From Methanotrichaceae archaeon (GTDB lineage Archaea > Halobacteriota > Methanosarcinia > Methanotrichales > Methanotrichaceae): DNA of 64,000 nt. The notes under the pieces are model-generated. The model worked only from the letters and a program-made list of their open reading frames with translations, was not told the DNA's origin and ran no database searches. The stretch's first letter is position 1. The number at the start of each line of letters is the position of its first letter. A program made the translations under genes and the position numbers. The stretch covers positions 448,001 through 512,000 of the forward strand of contig CAWDLW010000008.1 in NCBI GenBank assembly GCA_963803145.1. Direction: 5' to 3'. Shown here piece after piece: positions 43,937 to 53,609 of the stretch.

Positions 43937-44461
43937 TCAAGGCATGCCCAAGCGTTCCTTAATAGATTCAATATCTTTCTGCATTTGCCTGAACTGTATT
44001 GAAAACCCTGGCTGAAGCTCATCTCTCATGCCCTTCATCTCTTCCAAGACTTGGGGAATTGCATCCGTATTTCCCTTTACTGCCTTTAGGTCACCTTTCA
44101 TCTCCTTCAGATCATCTTTCATCTCAAGCAGAATCGGTATAGCCTTATTCATTTGTGTTGCGGAATTTATGTTGGCGAACTGCCAGAGGGGCATGACATC
44201 GCCGGTGAACTCCTCAGAGTTTATATTATCTACCCTGGCAAGCTGAGGACGTTCTTTCATGGCTAAGTTATAGAGCCTCGTGACTCTTTGTTCATCGCCT
44301 TCAATAAGAGCTATGACAACCTGCTTCCCATTCTCTTCATCATTGTAGACTTCAAAGCCTCTGAGAGCTAAACGCATAGCTAACTCCGTAAGATAGGGCC
44401 TATATCCTACATTGTGGACTTGAGAGCCGGTTATCGTGACCTTGAGTTTCATTTTCCTCAA
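43937..44461 (-). CDS. Acylphosphatase-like domain plus coiled-coil tail
   Basis: ITG.QVHNVGYR...G..V.N motif; heptad-rich C-terminus. Confidence 0.85.
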   Translation of the reverse strand: MRKMKLKVTITGSQVHNVGYRPYLTELAMRLALRGFEVYNDEENGKQVVIALIEGDEQRVTRLYNLAMKERPQLARVDNINSEEFTGDVMPLWQFANINSATQMNKAIPILLEMKDDLKEMKGDLKAVKGNTDAIPQVLEEMKGMRDELQPGFSIQFRQMQKDIESIKERLGMP

Positions 44462-44606
44462 TTGATCTTATTGTTCTTGATCTACTTCATTATTTCTATT
44501 GCTGATGGGCGAACTTCCACGCCCTTTTTGGTTGGTAGTTCGTCGTTTGTTTACGATTACGGATATCCTCTTTCACAAAGGAGGAAATCGATAATCTAGT
44601 CCCCAT

Positions 44607-44775
44607 CAACCTTATCGCCTCTATTTACCAAATCCTTCCCCCGAAGAGGGGTTAGGGGTAGCCCGTCCGGCGATTGAGGACGCTAGGAAACCATTAGTGT
44701 TAGCCCCAGAAGAAAGTGCAGTTTTTAGAATTAGAAGGAGCTCCCAATGCGAAGTCAGAGCAGTTCGGGAATTTG
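44607..44775. repeat. Repeat A copy 6 (close to consensus, with tail)
   Basis: CAACCTTATCGCC...CCTTCCCCCGAAGAGGGGTTAGGGGTAGCCCGTCCGGCGATTGAGGACGCTAGGAAACCATTAGTGTTAGCCCCAGAAGAAAG. Confidence 0.93.
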
Positions 44776-44787
44776 CACCATAGAGAA

Positions 44788-45122
44788 TTAGGTATTATCT
44801 ATAAGCTGCATAAGCTCTTCCTTGCTGATCTGAGTATCCTTAGCGATCCGTTGTCTAATAATCTGAAAGCCTATCTTTGCTAAAGCCTTAACAACTCTTT
44901 CACCCTCAACCGGCCTCAGCTTCGACAACCTGAACACCTATGAACTCAGGGATTTCTATATCTTTCTCAGCCTCAAGGTAGGCCTCTTCGCCTCTTTTGT
45001 CCTATCCAGCAGATCATCCAAGGCTCCTTTGCCTGAGTGTGGCAACCAGGAAGCGATGGGACGGTAGCTACATAATAGCCATCTTCGTCTTTTTCTACTA
45101 AAACGCTGAACTTCTTTTTCAT
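44788..45122 (-). pseudogene. Degenerate hicB-hicA pair
   Basis: MKKKFSVLVEKDEDGYYVATVPSLPGCHTQAK followed by frameshifts; HicA SKLRPVEGERVVKALAKIGFQIIRQ with an internal deletion removing GSH. Confidence 0.8.
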
Positions 45123-45133
45123 GCGTATACACT

Positions 45134-45529
45134 TTAATTCTGCATCTGAAAATGTTTATCGTTAGTCCATATAGGACAGCGCAGTTGCATAGCCAGGGCG
45201 AGAATTGGCGCATCTTTTTCATCGATTTTCTTCATGACCTCAAAAGCATCTTTCATCATGGGGAGGTACAGATCACGGGGCACAACTTGAATAGCTTTCA
45301 AAATGAAACTCTTTGCATATTCGAACGATAGAGACTGAGAACTTTTCTTCCTTTTGGCCTCGATGTAAGCAAGGTAGCCATTTATCTCAATCATCCCGTA
45401 TTCGAGGAAGTACAAATTAAAATATCCCGATTTTATTAACCTTGCATTTATAGAATGGTCTTTGAGGAGAGCCGCAATTAGAATATTGGTATCAACTACA
45501 AGCCCAGCTTCTTCTTCTCTTCCAGCCAT
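45134..45529 (-). CDS. vapC: PIN-domain toxin
   Basis: VVDTNILIAAL, DEKDAPILALA and IWTNDKHF motifs. Confidence 0.88.
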   Translation of the reverse strand: MAGREEEAGLVVDTNILIAALLKDHSINARLIKSGYFNLYFLEYGMIEINGYLAYIEAKRKKSSQSLSFEYAKSFILKAIQVVPRDLYLPMMKDAFEVMKKIDEKDAPILALAMQLRCPIWTNDKHFQMQN

Positions 45530-45705
45530 ATTCTCTCACGCACTTCCTCCAAGCCCTCCAGATCGGACTCGTTGAGATCAAGCTCCTCTATTGCCCTTTC
45601 AAAGAGCACCCATCTAGCCTCTTCCTCTTTTACCAGCTCATCGATTTTCTTTTTGAGAGGCTTTAAGGGAATACCTTCAGGAACCTCTACTTCGATAGTG
45701 CCCAC
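45496..45705 (-). CDS. Putative antitoxin
   Basis: Small acidic ORF overlapping the start of the PIN gene. Confidence 0.75.
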   Translation of the reverse strand: MGTIEVEVPEGIPLKPLKKKIDELVKEEEARWVLFERAIEELDLNESDLEGLEEVRERIWLEEKKKLGL

Positions 45706-45869
45706 GAAACCACCAAATGGTCTTTTATTCTTATTGTTCTTAAAGCCTTTCTCGATATTTAGAAATTAGTTTTCATACCTTTGTGCCTTTGCGTCTTCGT
45801 GGTGATCATTCGGCCCCGCTGTTTATGCAGCCGGACATCCCCTTCCATATAGGCAGAACCTTGTCCCGT

Positions 45870-45960
45870 CAACCTTATCGCCTGCGTGTTCAAACTTCCC
45901 CAGCGAGGGGTTAGGGGAGCCCGCGGGCGAGAGCGGCTAGTAAACCATTAGTTTTAGCAG
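45870..45960. repeat. Repeat A copy 7
   Basis: CAACCTTATCGCC...TTCCCCAGCGAGGGGTTAGGGGAGCCCGC...GCTAGTAAACCATTAGTTTTAGC. Confidence 0.88.
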
Positions 45961-46470
45961 AAAACGTGTGGGTTTCAATTGTTTTGTAAAGTTATCAGTT
46001 ATTGACTTATTATATCGAAAACCGCCCGCCATGCGAAATAATATCCAAAGAGTTGACAGAACCGTTTAGAGCTGCCACCTGAAATGGGTCAAAGCCTATC
46101 TTCCCAGCCAAATCCTCTTATCATCCATTCAATTTAGATAATGGCCGGTTCATGAAGTGCAGGCATCTTCAATTACTTATTTCAAGTTCCATCATCTTTC
46201 TTTTATACGGAAGATTGGCAGAAGGTTAAAAAGTTATCGTTTATTGAGCCTGGAATTCTTGCGTAATAGCAGCGTGTCTTAGTGCATTCACGGTGAGCTA
46301 TCTAGGAAGTTTGGTACCTATCGATATTACTGAGATTTGGTAAGGGATTTAGTGCAGGTTTGGGAGTTCACAAAGTGGTTTACGCGCACAAAGAGTCCCC
46401 GCCAAAATATTGACGAGAGAAGATCACTGCTATGATCTACGTTCCTCTTCCTATCTTGATATAGTTGATC

Positions 46471-47012
46471 TTATCCTGCGGCACAGGTTTTACAACCACA
46501 ATCAAAACCTCTTGTTGCGCAAGGTTGCGATCCACGTATACACGAGCCCATTTTATCGATTCGCTTGTACATCGGATCAACTAGAGTCTCTCTCTTTTCT
46601 CCAGCTATCTGTATCTCCATATCACAATTCACCGGCTCATTCATCGTCATGATCGTAGTTATATCTAATCTCCATGTATGGCTAACTATGATAGTATAAT
46701 TAGCCATATTAGCGACAAAATGGTTATATATCCTTAAGTCATCATTAAAGTTGGTGAATTGAGCATGACAGGAATCGATGAGACCAAATGCGGCCACTCG
46801 ATAAAAACCGCAGCCGCCACTGGCACATGTAAAGATGATCTGGTAATGATTATTGAGAGCATTGACCTCGTGGATTGCGAGTTGAATAAGACTCGCAGGG
46901 TTGCATTAGGTCTATTGGAACAGGTTGAATCAAAGGAGATTGTATAAGGATAATTACGAATGTGATTCTCTATACTTGGCTTCGGCTTCATCTCCAACTT
47001 ATCGTTCTGCAC
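46471..47012 (-). pseudogene. Hypothetical gene, apparently split over two frames
   Basis: Overlapping ORFs 46734-47012 and 46471-46797; no recognisable family. Confidence 0.35.
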
Positions 47013-47498
47013 TTGAATGATAGAGCTGAATCCTATCGTCTCATGGATAGTTCATCGTTTGATTATGACTACAGCTAGTGCCCTTCCCAGCAAAATCGGC
47101 CTTAATTTAAATATCTAGTATCTTTGCGATTACGAAACTCATCAAAGAGACACAGAGGCACAGAGAGACTTTAATATTATCCAGACTCACCCCAAGAGTT
47201 CCGTCTCTCTTGTCTCCGTGCCTCAGCTGCGAGTTTCGTTTTATCCAGCAATAGCCGAACGAACCAAGAATCCCATTTCATTCGCCAAACCCTCTTATCA
47301 TCCACTCAATTAAGGTTATAGCGATCTCAAATCTATGGCCTCTGGATGAGACCATTTTGATATACCTTGGCAAAATGATAAGGCCTTCAGGAATTAATAA
47401 ACTTACCGTTTGCGCTGCAATGCCTGTTCCACGAAACAAACGGATCAAATCAGCCACACCACCTGCTTTTAATACTCAAAGCTCATATTAAATTCAAG

Positions 47499-48110
47499 AT
47501 GAAGCTCAGGGCGAGGATAGAAGGTCCGCGGGTCCACCGAGTAGGTTACCGGTTGTTTCTGGCCACCAGGGCCATAGATCTGGATCTTCCAGGATTCTCA
47601 GCTCAGAACCTGTAAAGGACGGACGACAGGTAATGCTTGCCTTCTTCGAGGGTGACCAGGGCCAGATTGAGGAGTTCAAAAGGTTTATTGAGGCAGATAA
47701 GCCTCCTGAGGCTGCCGTATCCTCGATCTCCTTCCAGGAATACGAAGGGCCGGTTGGAGATACAATGCTCTTTTACCAGAAGATGAGTTCGCAGCATCTA
47801 GGCAAAGGTATAGATGCCAAACTTAGAATGGAGAAGAAATAGAATAAAATGCTTGAGAACCAGGATACGACATCAGTATATTGAAAGAGGTTAAAGAGGA
47901 TACATCATCTATTCGCGATCTGCAGGCCCAGATGCTTGATAAGCAAGATCTGACCATAGGTTTGAAAGAGGTCAAGGAGGATACATCCTCCATGGCTCCG
48001 AACTCAAGAAAGACACTATGGATTCTATCCTGGAGAAATACTTAGAGCTCAGCCAAGAGATCGCTGAGATAAAGGCGACACTCTCAGAAATCAAGCAAAG
48101 GTCGCTTAAA
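47499..48110 (+). pseudogene. Acylphosphatase-coiled-coil paralog, disrupted
   Basis: MKLRARIEGPRVHRVGYRLFL...; internal stops; QD..I..LKEVKEDTSS repeats. Confidence 0.8.
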
Positions 48111-49011
48111 AACCGGATTAATGCTGTCAACCAAGCCTGAAGGGCAAGGAGTTCAAGGTTGAGAGAACCGGATGAGCAATTTCACCTTTGTGAGCGCTGA
48201 CTCAATGGATCTATTGAGGTTTCCAATTTCTGCGAGAGCTCTTGTAGCCGCAGTTCGAACATCGCTGTCATTATCCCCTAGTGCATGAATCAATGGATCA
48301 AAGCCGCAGTATCTTGCAAATTCCTGAGCGAATATGCAGCCTCCGTTCGCACTTTACTAGACAGCTGAGTTATGCTTATCTTATATCAGCCAGTTAGTTC
48401 GTCTTTGTGCCTTTGTGTCTTCGTGGTGATCATCTGTCGTTTATAATTGGCTCTTCGCTGTTTCGTGTGAGTAAGGTAAAGCACTTATGACTTAACCACA
48501 GAGGCACAGAGACAAGAGAGAAAAAAAATAATAATGTTAAAATCCCTCTGTACCTCCGTGTCTCTGTGGTGAACGTACTCTAAGCTCCACTCGAAGGCAC
48601 AAAGTCTCTCAGGCCTATCTTGAATCTCCCCTATTGAATTGTAATCTCTTGATGAATGCAATCTTATGACTTATCTATCAATAACCAGACATGCGAATAA
48701 TATCCAAAAAGTTCCAGAGCCGCTACCTTCCAATATTTCCGCCAAACCCTCTTATCATCCTCTCAATTCAGATTATGGCGTCCTCAAACCCGGGGCTTTG
48801 ATACCACATTGTTTGGATTCAGCTGAATTACGTTTCAATCATCCTGCTCTGGCCAGATGATAACAATCCTCAAGGGCTTAAAAGCTTCCCCTGCCTATGT
48901 GATCAATTCCTTATTGCTGTCAATCCTTCTGGATTGTGGTTGATCGTTCGCTGTTTGCATGTAGTTCGAGATGATTGTCCGTCCATGCGGCCGGAAATCG
49001 CCAGCTCCCAT

Positions 49012-49180
49012 CAACCTTATCGCCTAAATCTAGAGCCTTCCCCCAGCGAGGGGCTAGGGGTAGCCCGTCCGGCGATTGAGGACGCTAGTAAAACCGCTAG
49101 TTTTACCTCCAGAAGAAAGTGTAGTCTTTTATAAATTATAATAGCAGATCCAAATGCGAATTTAGAACGGTTCTGGAATG
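49012..49180. repeat. Repeat A copy 8
   Basis: CAACCTTATCGCC...CCTTCCCCCAGCGAGGGGCTAGGGGTAGCCCGTCCGGCGATTGAGGACGCTAGTAAAACCGCTAGTTTTA. Confidence 0.93.
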
Positions 49181-49272
49181 TACGTTCTTGAGTATATCTA
49201 GTGCCCCTTCCAGCGAAGTAGACCTTAATTCCGAACTTTGAGGAGAACTTAACTTGAACGGGCAGTGGTTCA

Positions 49273-49626
49273 CTACAGATATGGATATAGACTATTTATT
49301 CTTTTAAGCAGCTCGACAGTATGATCTTTCTGAATGATCTCTGTGGTCTTACCATATACCTCATCATGATGAGCCACATACAAAAACACAATGCAATTAC
49401 CTATAATCATATAAGCAATAACAAAGGGATCAACATGAACCCCTCTCACGCCCTTCAGGCCATAGCTTTTAGGTTCACCCATCTCAGGATTGATTAGAAT
49501 TTGACCAAGTTTATTGATCAATCTGTCTTTAAGGGCTTTATCCTTCTTGGTCAGTTTTGAAAATTGCTTATCAAATTCAGGAACCCTGTGATATCTATAA
49601 GCCATAAAAGAGGGGTTAGAGGTCAC
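49273..49626 (-). CDS. relE: RelE/ParE-family toxin (likely start ATG near 49605)
   Basis: F.KQ..KL.KKD, I..NP..G.P....LKG.R.VHV..FV..Y, HHDEVY pattern. Confidence 0.85.
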   Translation of the reverse strand: MTSNPSFMAYRYHRVPEFDKQFSKLTKKDKALKDRLINKLGQILINPEMGEPKSYGLKGVRGVHVDPFVIAYMIIGNCIVFLYVAHHDEVYGKTTEIIQKDHTVELLKRINSLYPYL

Positions 49627-49789
49627 TAAGAGAATTCAAAAACTCTTCTTTGCTATCATAGGTTTTGCCTTTTCCAGCCTTAAATTCCTTGATACCTCTG
49701 ATGACTCCTGCTGCAAACTCATTAGAAAGGAGGGCTTCAATATCTTCTGATTCTTCTTTCTTTGGAGCAGTATGAGCTACCTTTCCCAT
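49616..49789 (-). CDS. Putative RelB-like antitoxin, 57 aa (not in the ORF track)
   Basis: MGKVAHTAPKKEESEDIEALLSNEFAAGVIRGIKEFKAGKGKTYDSKEEFLNSLSDL, directly upstream of relE. Confidence 0.75.
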   Translation of the reverse strand: MGKVAHTAPKKEESEDIEALLSNEFAAGVIRGIKEFKAGKGKTYDSKEEFLNSLSDL

Positions 49790-49940
49790 TTAAATTAAGC
49801 CTCCATCGCAATATTGCGTGATAGGGATATTTAAGATTTCGCCCAAAGGATATTTTCTGTCTAGCTGGATACCATCCGGAAGGAAATTTCGGACTAATTA
49901 TGCGGAGGGATCTACAAGGCGAGTTCTGTTATGAATGAGC

Positions 49941-50060
49941 TCATAGAGATAATGGATGGTAATAAATGCAATGACTTCCTGTTGTTCTATCGAGAATAAA
50001 TCCAGCTTTCTCCAAAGCCCTGGCGAGCTTCTGTGGAGAGATAGAGGGCAGCTTAGGCAT
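49941..50060 (-). pseudogene. hicA: HicA toxin, 3'-truncated
   Basis: MPKLPSISPQKLARALEKAGFILDRTTGSHCIYYHP, then joined to a copied vapC fragment. Confidence 0.82.
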
Positions 50061-50289
50061 TGGCCTCCATTTCAACGGTTTGTTCAATGACAGTATTATC
50101 TGTGGGAACTTCTTCACCATGGGCAATAAGCGTCTCCACGTAACCTTTGATGGCATCCCTGACCATACACAGAGCTTCATCGATGGTCTTTCCAAAGGTT
50201 ACGCATCCTGGTAGAGTTGGAACCCATACGGTGTAAACCTCATCATCAGGCTCCCACCTAAGCATGACATGATACTTCAGTACATTCAT
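50053..50289 (-). CDS. hicB: HicB antitoxin
   Basis: YTVWVPTLPGCVTFGKTIDEAL..VRDAI.GY. Confidence 0.9.
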   Translation of the reverse strand: MNVLKYHVMLRWEPDDEVYTVWVPTLPGCVTFGKTIDEALCMVRDAIKGYVETLIAHGEEVPTDNTVIEQTVEMEANA

Positions 50290-50509
50290 CGGTATCTAAT
50301 GTGCTCCTTCAATATATCTATTCTCTGCTACTATTGATTGAGGACGACTCGACGAGAGGTGCCCCGAATCCGACGATCGAAAAGATCAGAGAATCCACAA
50401 ACCTGATCCCAAGAGGATGCAATAGAAAGGAAACGCCCACAGCATAAAGCACCAGCACAGCCAGTGTATGGAAGTCGCCGTGATGGATGGGCGAGCCGTA
50501 GACAAGCAT

Positions 50510-50688
50510 GTGTTCTAGGTGTGGTCTAATAGTCAAAAAGGATCTCTCTGAAAGAATCCATAGCTGCTCGGAATGTGGCTTGTCTATGGATAGAGATCTG
50601 AATGCAGCAATCAACATTCTGAGATTGGGGATGCAATCTCTTCGCAAAAGCGACAGAAGCCCCGCATTTTAGGGCGGGGAGCGTTCAC
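50510..50688 (+). mobile_element. tnpB: IS200/IS605 right-end remnant (tnpB 3' end)
   Basis: CSRCG...LSERIHSCSECGLSMDRDLNAAINIL, then hairpin GCCCCGC..TAGGGCGGGG and GTTCAC; joined to a hydrolase fragment at 50318-50508. Confidence 0.85.
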
Positions 50689-50700
50689 AGATAACGAAAT

Positions 50701-51075
50701 TCAGATCTCCATTCGCTTGAACTCTTCAAGCTCTTCGGGCGTAAAATATTCATGCCATGCTTTTGGCTTGACTATGAGCACTGCCCTACCGTTCTTTTCC
50801 GCTTTTTCTACGTGCACCATCCCTGCGCGCTCAAGCCTTCGTGCAGCAGTATAAGTCTTGCCCGTCGTCCAGCCCATCTCTTTCGCCAACTGATATATGC
50901 TGTTCCCCGGGATCGCCTCTATTTTGTCGTAAAGCTCCAGGTCAGTATCGACGCCTTTTTCTTTCACGGCTTCAATAGCATGCTGGATATTTCTTCCGCG
51001 CATGCTATCATAACTGTCTTGGAATCTATTTAAAGATGGAAGCAAATCTGCGCAAGTTCCAAGGCCGTATTTCAT
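50701..51075 (-). CDS. Winged-helix HTH protein
   Basis: PG.SIYQLAKEMGWT.GKTY.A.RRLE..G.V. Confidence 0.8.
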   Translation of the reverse strand: MKYGLGTCADLLPSLNRFQDSYDSMRGRNIQHAIEAVKEKGVDTDLELYDKIEAIPGNSIYQLAKEMGWTTGKTYTAARRLERAGMVHVEKAEKNGRAVLIVKPKAWHEYFTPEELEEFKRMEI

Positions 51076-51373
51076 GAAAAAGTTCCAGGAAAATAAGCAT
51101 CAAATGAAACAGGCTGAAAAAACGCTGAAATCGCTTCTCGCGCGTGGATACATATATCCACATCCGACTCGGGACGAGATAACATACCAAATGACTCAGA
51201 TGGGATGGGAAGAATGCCGGAAGATGAAAGAGCAGGCTCTTTCAGAACTTTAGACCTTGATTGATACTGCATTTTACAAGGCGTTCTTCAGACGTGCGTT
51301 TAATATGCTCCCTGGGTTGGTAATTCTTGATAAAATTTTGAGATTTAGAATTCATTTTTAATTGAACGAAGGT

Positions 51374-51937
51374 CTATACATCAAATTGCGTATAGTTATA
51401 AGCATAAGTTCTATTCGAATCATTCAGCCTCTGGCATATCAGCATCCCGGAATATGATGATCCTCTGCTCAGAACCAGATCCCCTAGGCGATAATATCTG
51501 CTTGCTCCATGCCTCCGTATGGTCTTGCCGTCGAAATTTAAGGCCATCCTGTATTCTCCAATAGAAAAGTTCCTGTGATCTATGGACCAGGCCACCTCTT
51601 TGCCGTTGCTATCGAGCAGATATCCGTTCAAGCTGTACTCGCCGGGAGCAAACACATCAACTACGGCCTCGATTGTGAGATATTCATACAGCCCATCATG
51701 ATCTACATCCACTCCATGATCTGTGAAGTTTCCCGTAAGAGATGCTAGGCCAGCTCCTGGATCTTGTCCGCATGCATTCAAGCTGAGGCATATTGCCAAA
51801 AGGAGCGAAAGGAGCAAAGGAAACAGAGAAGGCATAGTTGGCGGCTCATCTAATGGTTTATCAGAGGAAATGCCTGAGGATTTATCCGATGTGCTCATGA
51901 TTGTATAAAAGAAAGTGAAGACATGAAATGCCTTCAT
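51374..51937 (-). CDS. Hypothetical secreted protein (likely start near 51836)
   Basis: Signal peptide; DHGVDVDHDGLYEYL Ca-binding-like motif; paralog fragment at 56616-56885. Confidence 0.75.
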   Translation of the reverse strand: MKAFHVFTFFYTIMSTSDKSSGISSDKPLDEPPTMPSLFPLLLSLLLAICLSLNACGQDPGAGLASLTGNFTDHGVDVDHDGLYEYLTIEAVVDVFAPGEYSLNGYLLDSNGKEVAWSIDHRNFSIGEYRMALNFDGKTIRRHGASRYYRLGDLVLSRGSSYSGMLICQRLNDSNRTYAYNYTQFDV

Positions 51938-52528
51938 TTAGGGCGGCGTTGGTTCGTTCTGTTCAAACTTACCGTTATTGGAGCAGAAAGTGGTTCCTCC
52001 CCCTGTGGGCTTATAAATCGGCGGGCTGGTTATATTGCCCTGCTTGTCTACATTCAAGGTCAACGACTCTCCTGTTCCAAGATTATGCAATACTTCCTGG
52101 CTGCTTCCATCTGTGTTATAAGTTACTTCCAAGCCGTCATTGTTTCGAGTATTCGCGTAGGATTCGGACTGTATTTGCTGGGTGTTAGGATCGTAAATTG
52201 TTGTCAATATTTCATTATTGTTTCCTAGCATAACGATGCTTTTGACCAGATTGCCATTGGAATCCCTATATTCAAGAAGCCTGTTGCCGGCATTATCTTT
52301 GTAATCGGAAACCGTTAAATTTCCCGCATCGGTTTTGACAATATATGATGTCGATGTAGCTCCTGAACTAGTTTTAATAAATGTTCGCTCCTGTGCAAGG
52401 ACCTCTTTCTCTGACTTCAGCTGTTCCCTCGTTCCCATCAGACTGTTTTGGTCTGCAGAGACAATAGTTGCGCCTAAGATACAGGTGAGTATAACGAGAA
52501 TTAATGCTGCGCTAATAATTTTCCTCAT
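51938..52528 (-). CDS. Hypothetical secreted protein
   Basis: Signal peptide MRKIISAALILVILTCILG; GGAGGG RBS. Confidence 0.75.
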   Translation of the reverse strand: MRKIISAALILVILTCILGATIVSADQNSLMGTREQLKSEKEVLAQERTFIKTSSGATSTSYIVKTDAGNLTVSDYKDNAGNRLLEYRDSNGNLVKSIVMLGNNNEILTTIYDPNTQQIQSESYANTRNNDGLEVTYNTDGSSQEVLHNLGTGESLTLNVDKQGNITSPPIYKPTGGGTTFCSNNGKFEQNEPTPP

Positions 52529-52644
52529 CTTTTCCCTCCATTACAGTATTTTCTTCATGAAATGGCTCATACGCCGTTATAATTATTATCATCTTATCGC
52601 ATGATATTCGCTGAATCCGCAGCATATTATCATGCAGTTCCAGT

Positions 52645-52872
52645 CAACCTTATCGCCTGTTTTTCAGAAGCCTTCCCCCGGAGAGGGGTCAGGGGCAGCC
52701 CGTCCGGCGATTGAGGACGCCACTCCCCCTTGAGGGGGTTGGGGGGTGGATATTCTTTCAAGCCGCTATCCGCAGGCGGAATCCGTAAGTGACAGCATCG
52801 CCAATCAATTGAGCCATTAAGCAGCCTCCCAGGGCGTTTGGGAGCGCTAGAAAGCTATTAGTTTTAGCCCTA
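52645..52872. repeat. Repeat A copy 9, with an internal insertion and duplicated hairpin 2
   Basis: Core to GAGGACGC (52720), about 100 bp insert, then GCAGCCTCCCAGGGCGTTTGGGAGCGCTAG...TTAGTTTTAGCCC. Confidence 0.9.
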
Positions 52873-52897
52873 AAAATTTTTGCTCCAGCTGAATTCA

Positions 52898-53491
52898 TCA
52901 AGGCATCCCCAAACGCTCTTTTATTGCTGCAATGTCCTTTTGCATCCGATGAATTTGAATCGAAAATCCAGGCTGTAGCTCCTCTTTCATCCCCTTAATC
53001 TCTTCCAGGATATGAGGTATTGCGCCCGTGTTCGCTTTTATAGCATCAGTGTTCGCTTTGATAGCTGGCAGGATATCAGTGTTCGCTTTGATAGCTGGCA
53101 GGATATCAGTGTTCGCTTTGATGGCTGGCAGGATATCAGTGTTCGCTTTGATGGCTGGCAGCTCATCAAGACGTTGAATGCCCTTAGCCAACTGCGCGTT
53201 CATGTTCACAATTGAAGTTTTGGTGATATCTGGCACTCGACCCTCAAAATTCTCAGATTTGATATTTGTAACCTGTGCTTTTTGGGGCCTTTTGGCCTTT
53301 ACTGCTTCCATGAACTCCCTGAACTGCTCATCATCGGCTTCGAGCCTGGCGATAACTGCCTGTTCGCCCCCTATAACATCATTTTTTACCCCAAATCTCT
53401 CAATATCGCAGTCGTCAGCTAACGCGATCAGAAATGGCCTGTAGCCAACATCGTGAACTTTGGGTCCGCTGATTATGATTTTAATCTTCAC
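52898..53491 (-). CDS. Acylphosphatase-like domain plus repeat-expanded coiled coil
   Basis: ISGPKVHDVGYR; (LPAIKANTDI)x~4; C-terminus nearly identical to that of 43937. Confidence 0.88.
   Translation of the reverse strand: MKIKIIISGPKVHDVGYRPFLIALADDCDIERFGVKNDVIGGEQAVIARLEADDEQFREFMEAVKAKRPQKAQVTNIKSENFEGRVPDITKTSIVNMNAQLAKGIQRLDELPAIKANTDILPAIKANTDILPAIKANTDILPAIKANTDAIKANTGAIPHILEEIKGMKEELQPGFSIQIHRMQKDIAAIKERLGMP
53045..53161. repeat. 30-bp in-frame tandem repeat, about 4 copies
   Basis: ATCAGTGTTCGCTTTGAT(A/G)GCTGGCAGGAT. Confidence 0.95.
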
Positions 53492-53609
53492 CCTTCACCC
53501 TCCTATCAGGCACAAAGCTCATCAAAAGATCATGCCAGGTTCGATTGCCCTTAACCTTTTCCAGCTCTTCAGCTTCCCAATCTTCGAGCGTGACATGGAC
53601 GTGTTTCAT
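53481..53609 (-). CDS. Small ribbon-helix-helix/antitoxin-like protein
   Basis: MKHVHVTLEDWEAEELEKVKGNRTWHDLLMSFV; overlaps the start of the acylphosphatase-like gene. Confidence 0.6.
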   Translation of the reverse strand: MKHVHVTLEDWEAEELEKVKGNRTWHDLLMSFVPDRRVKGED

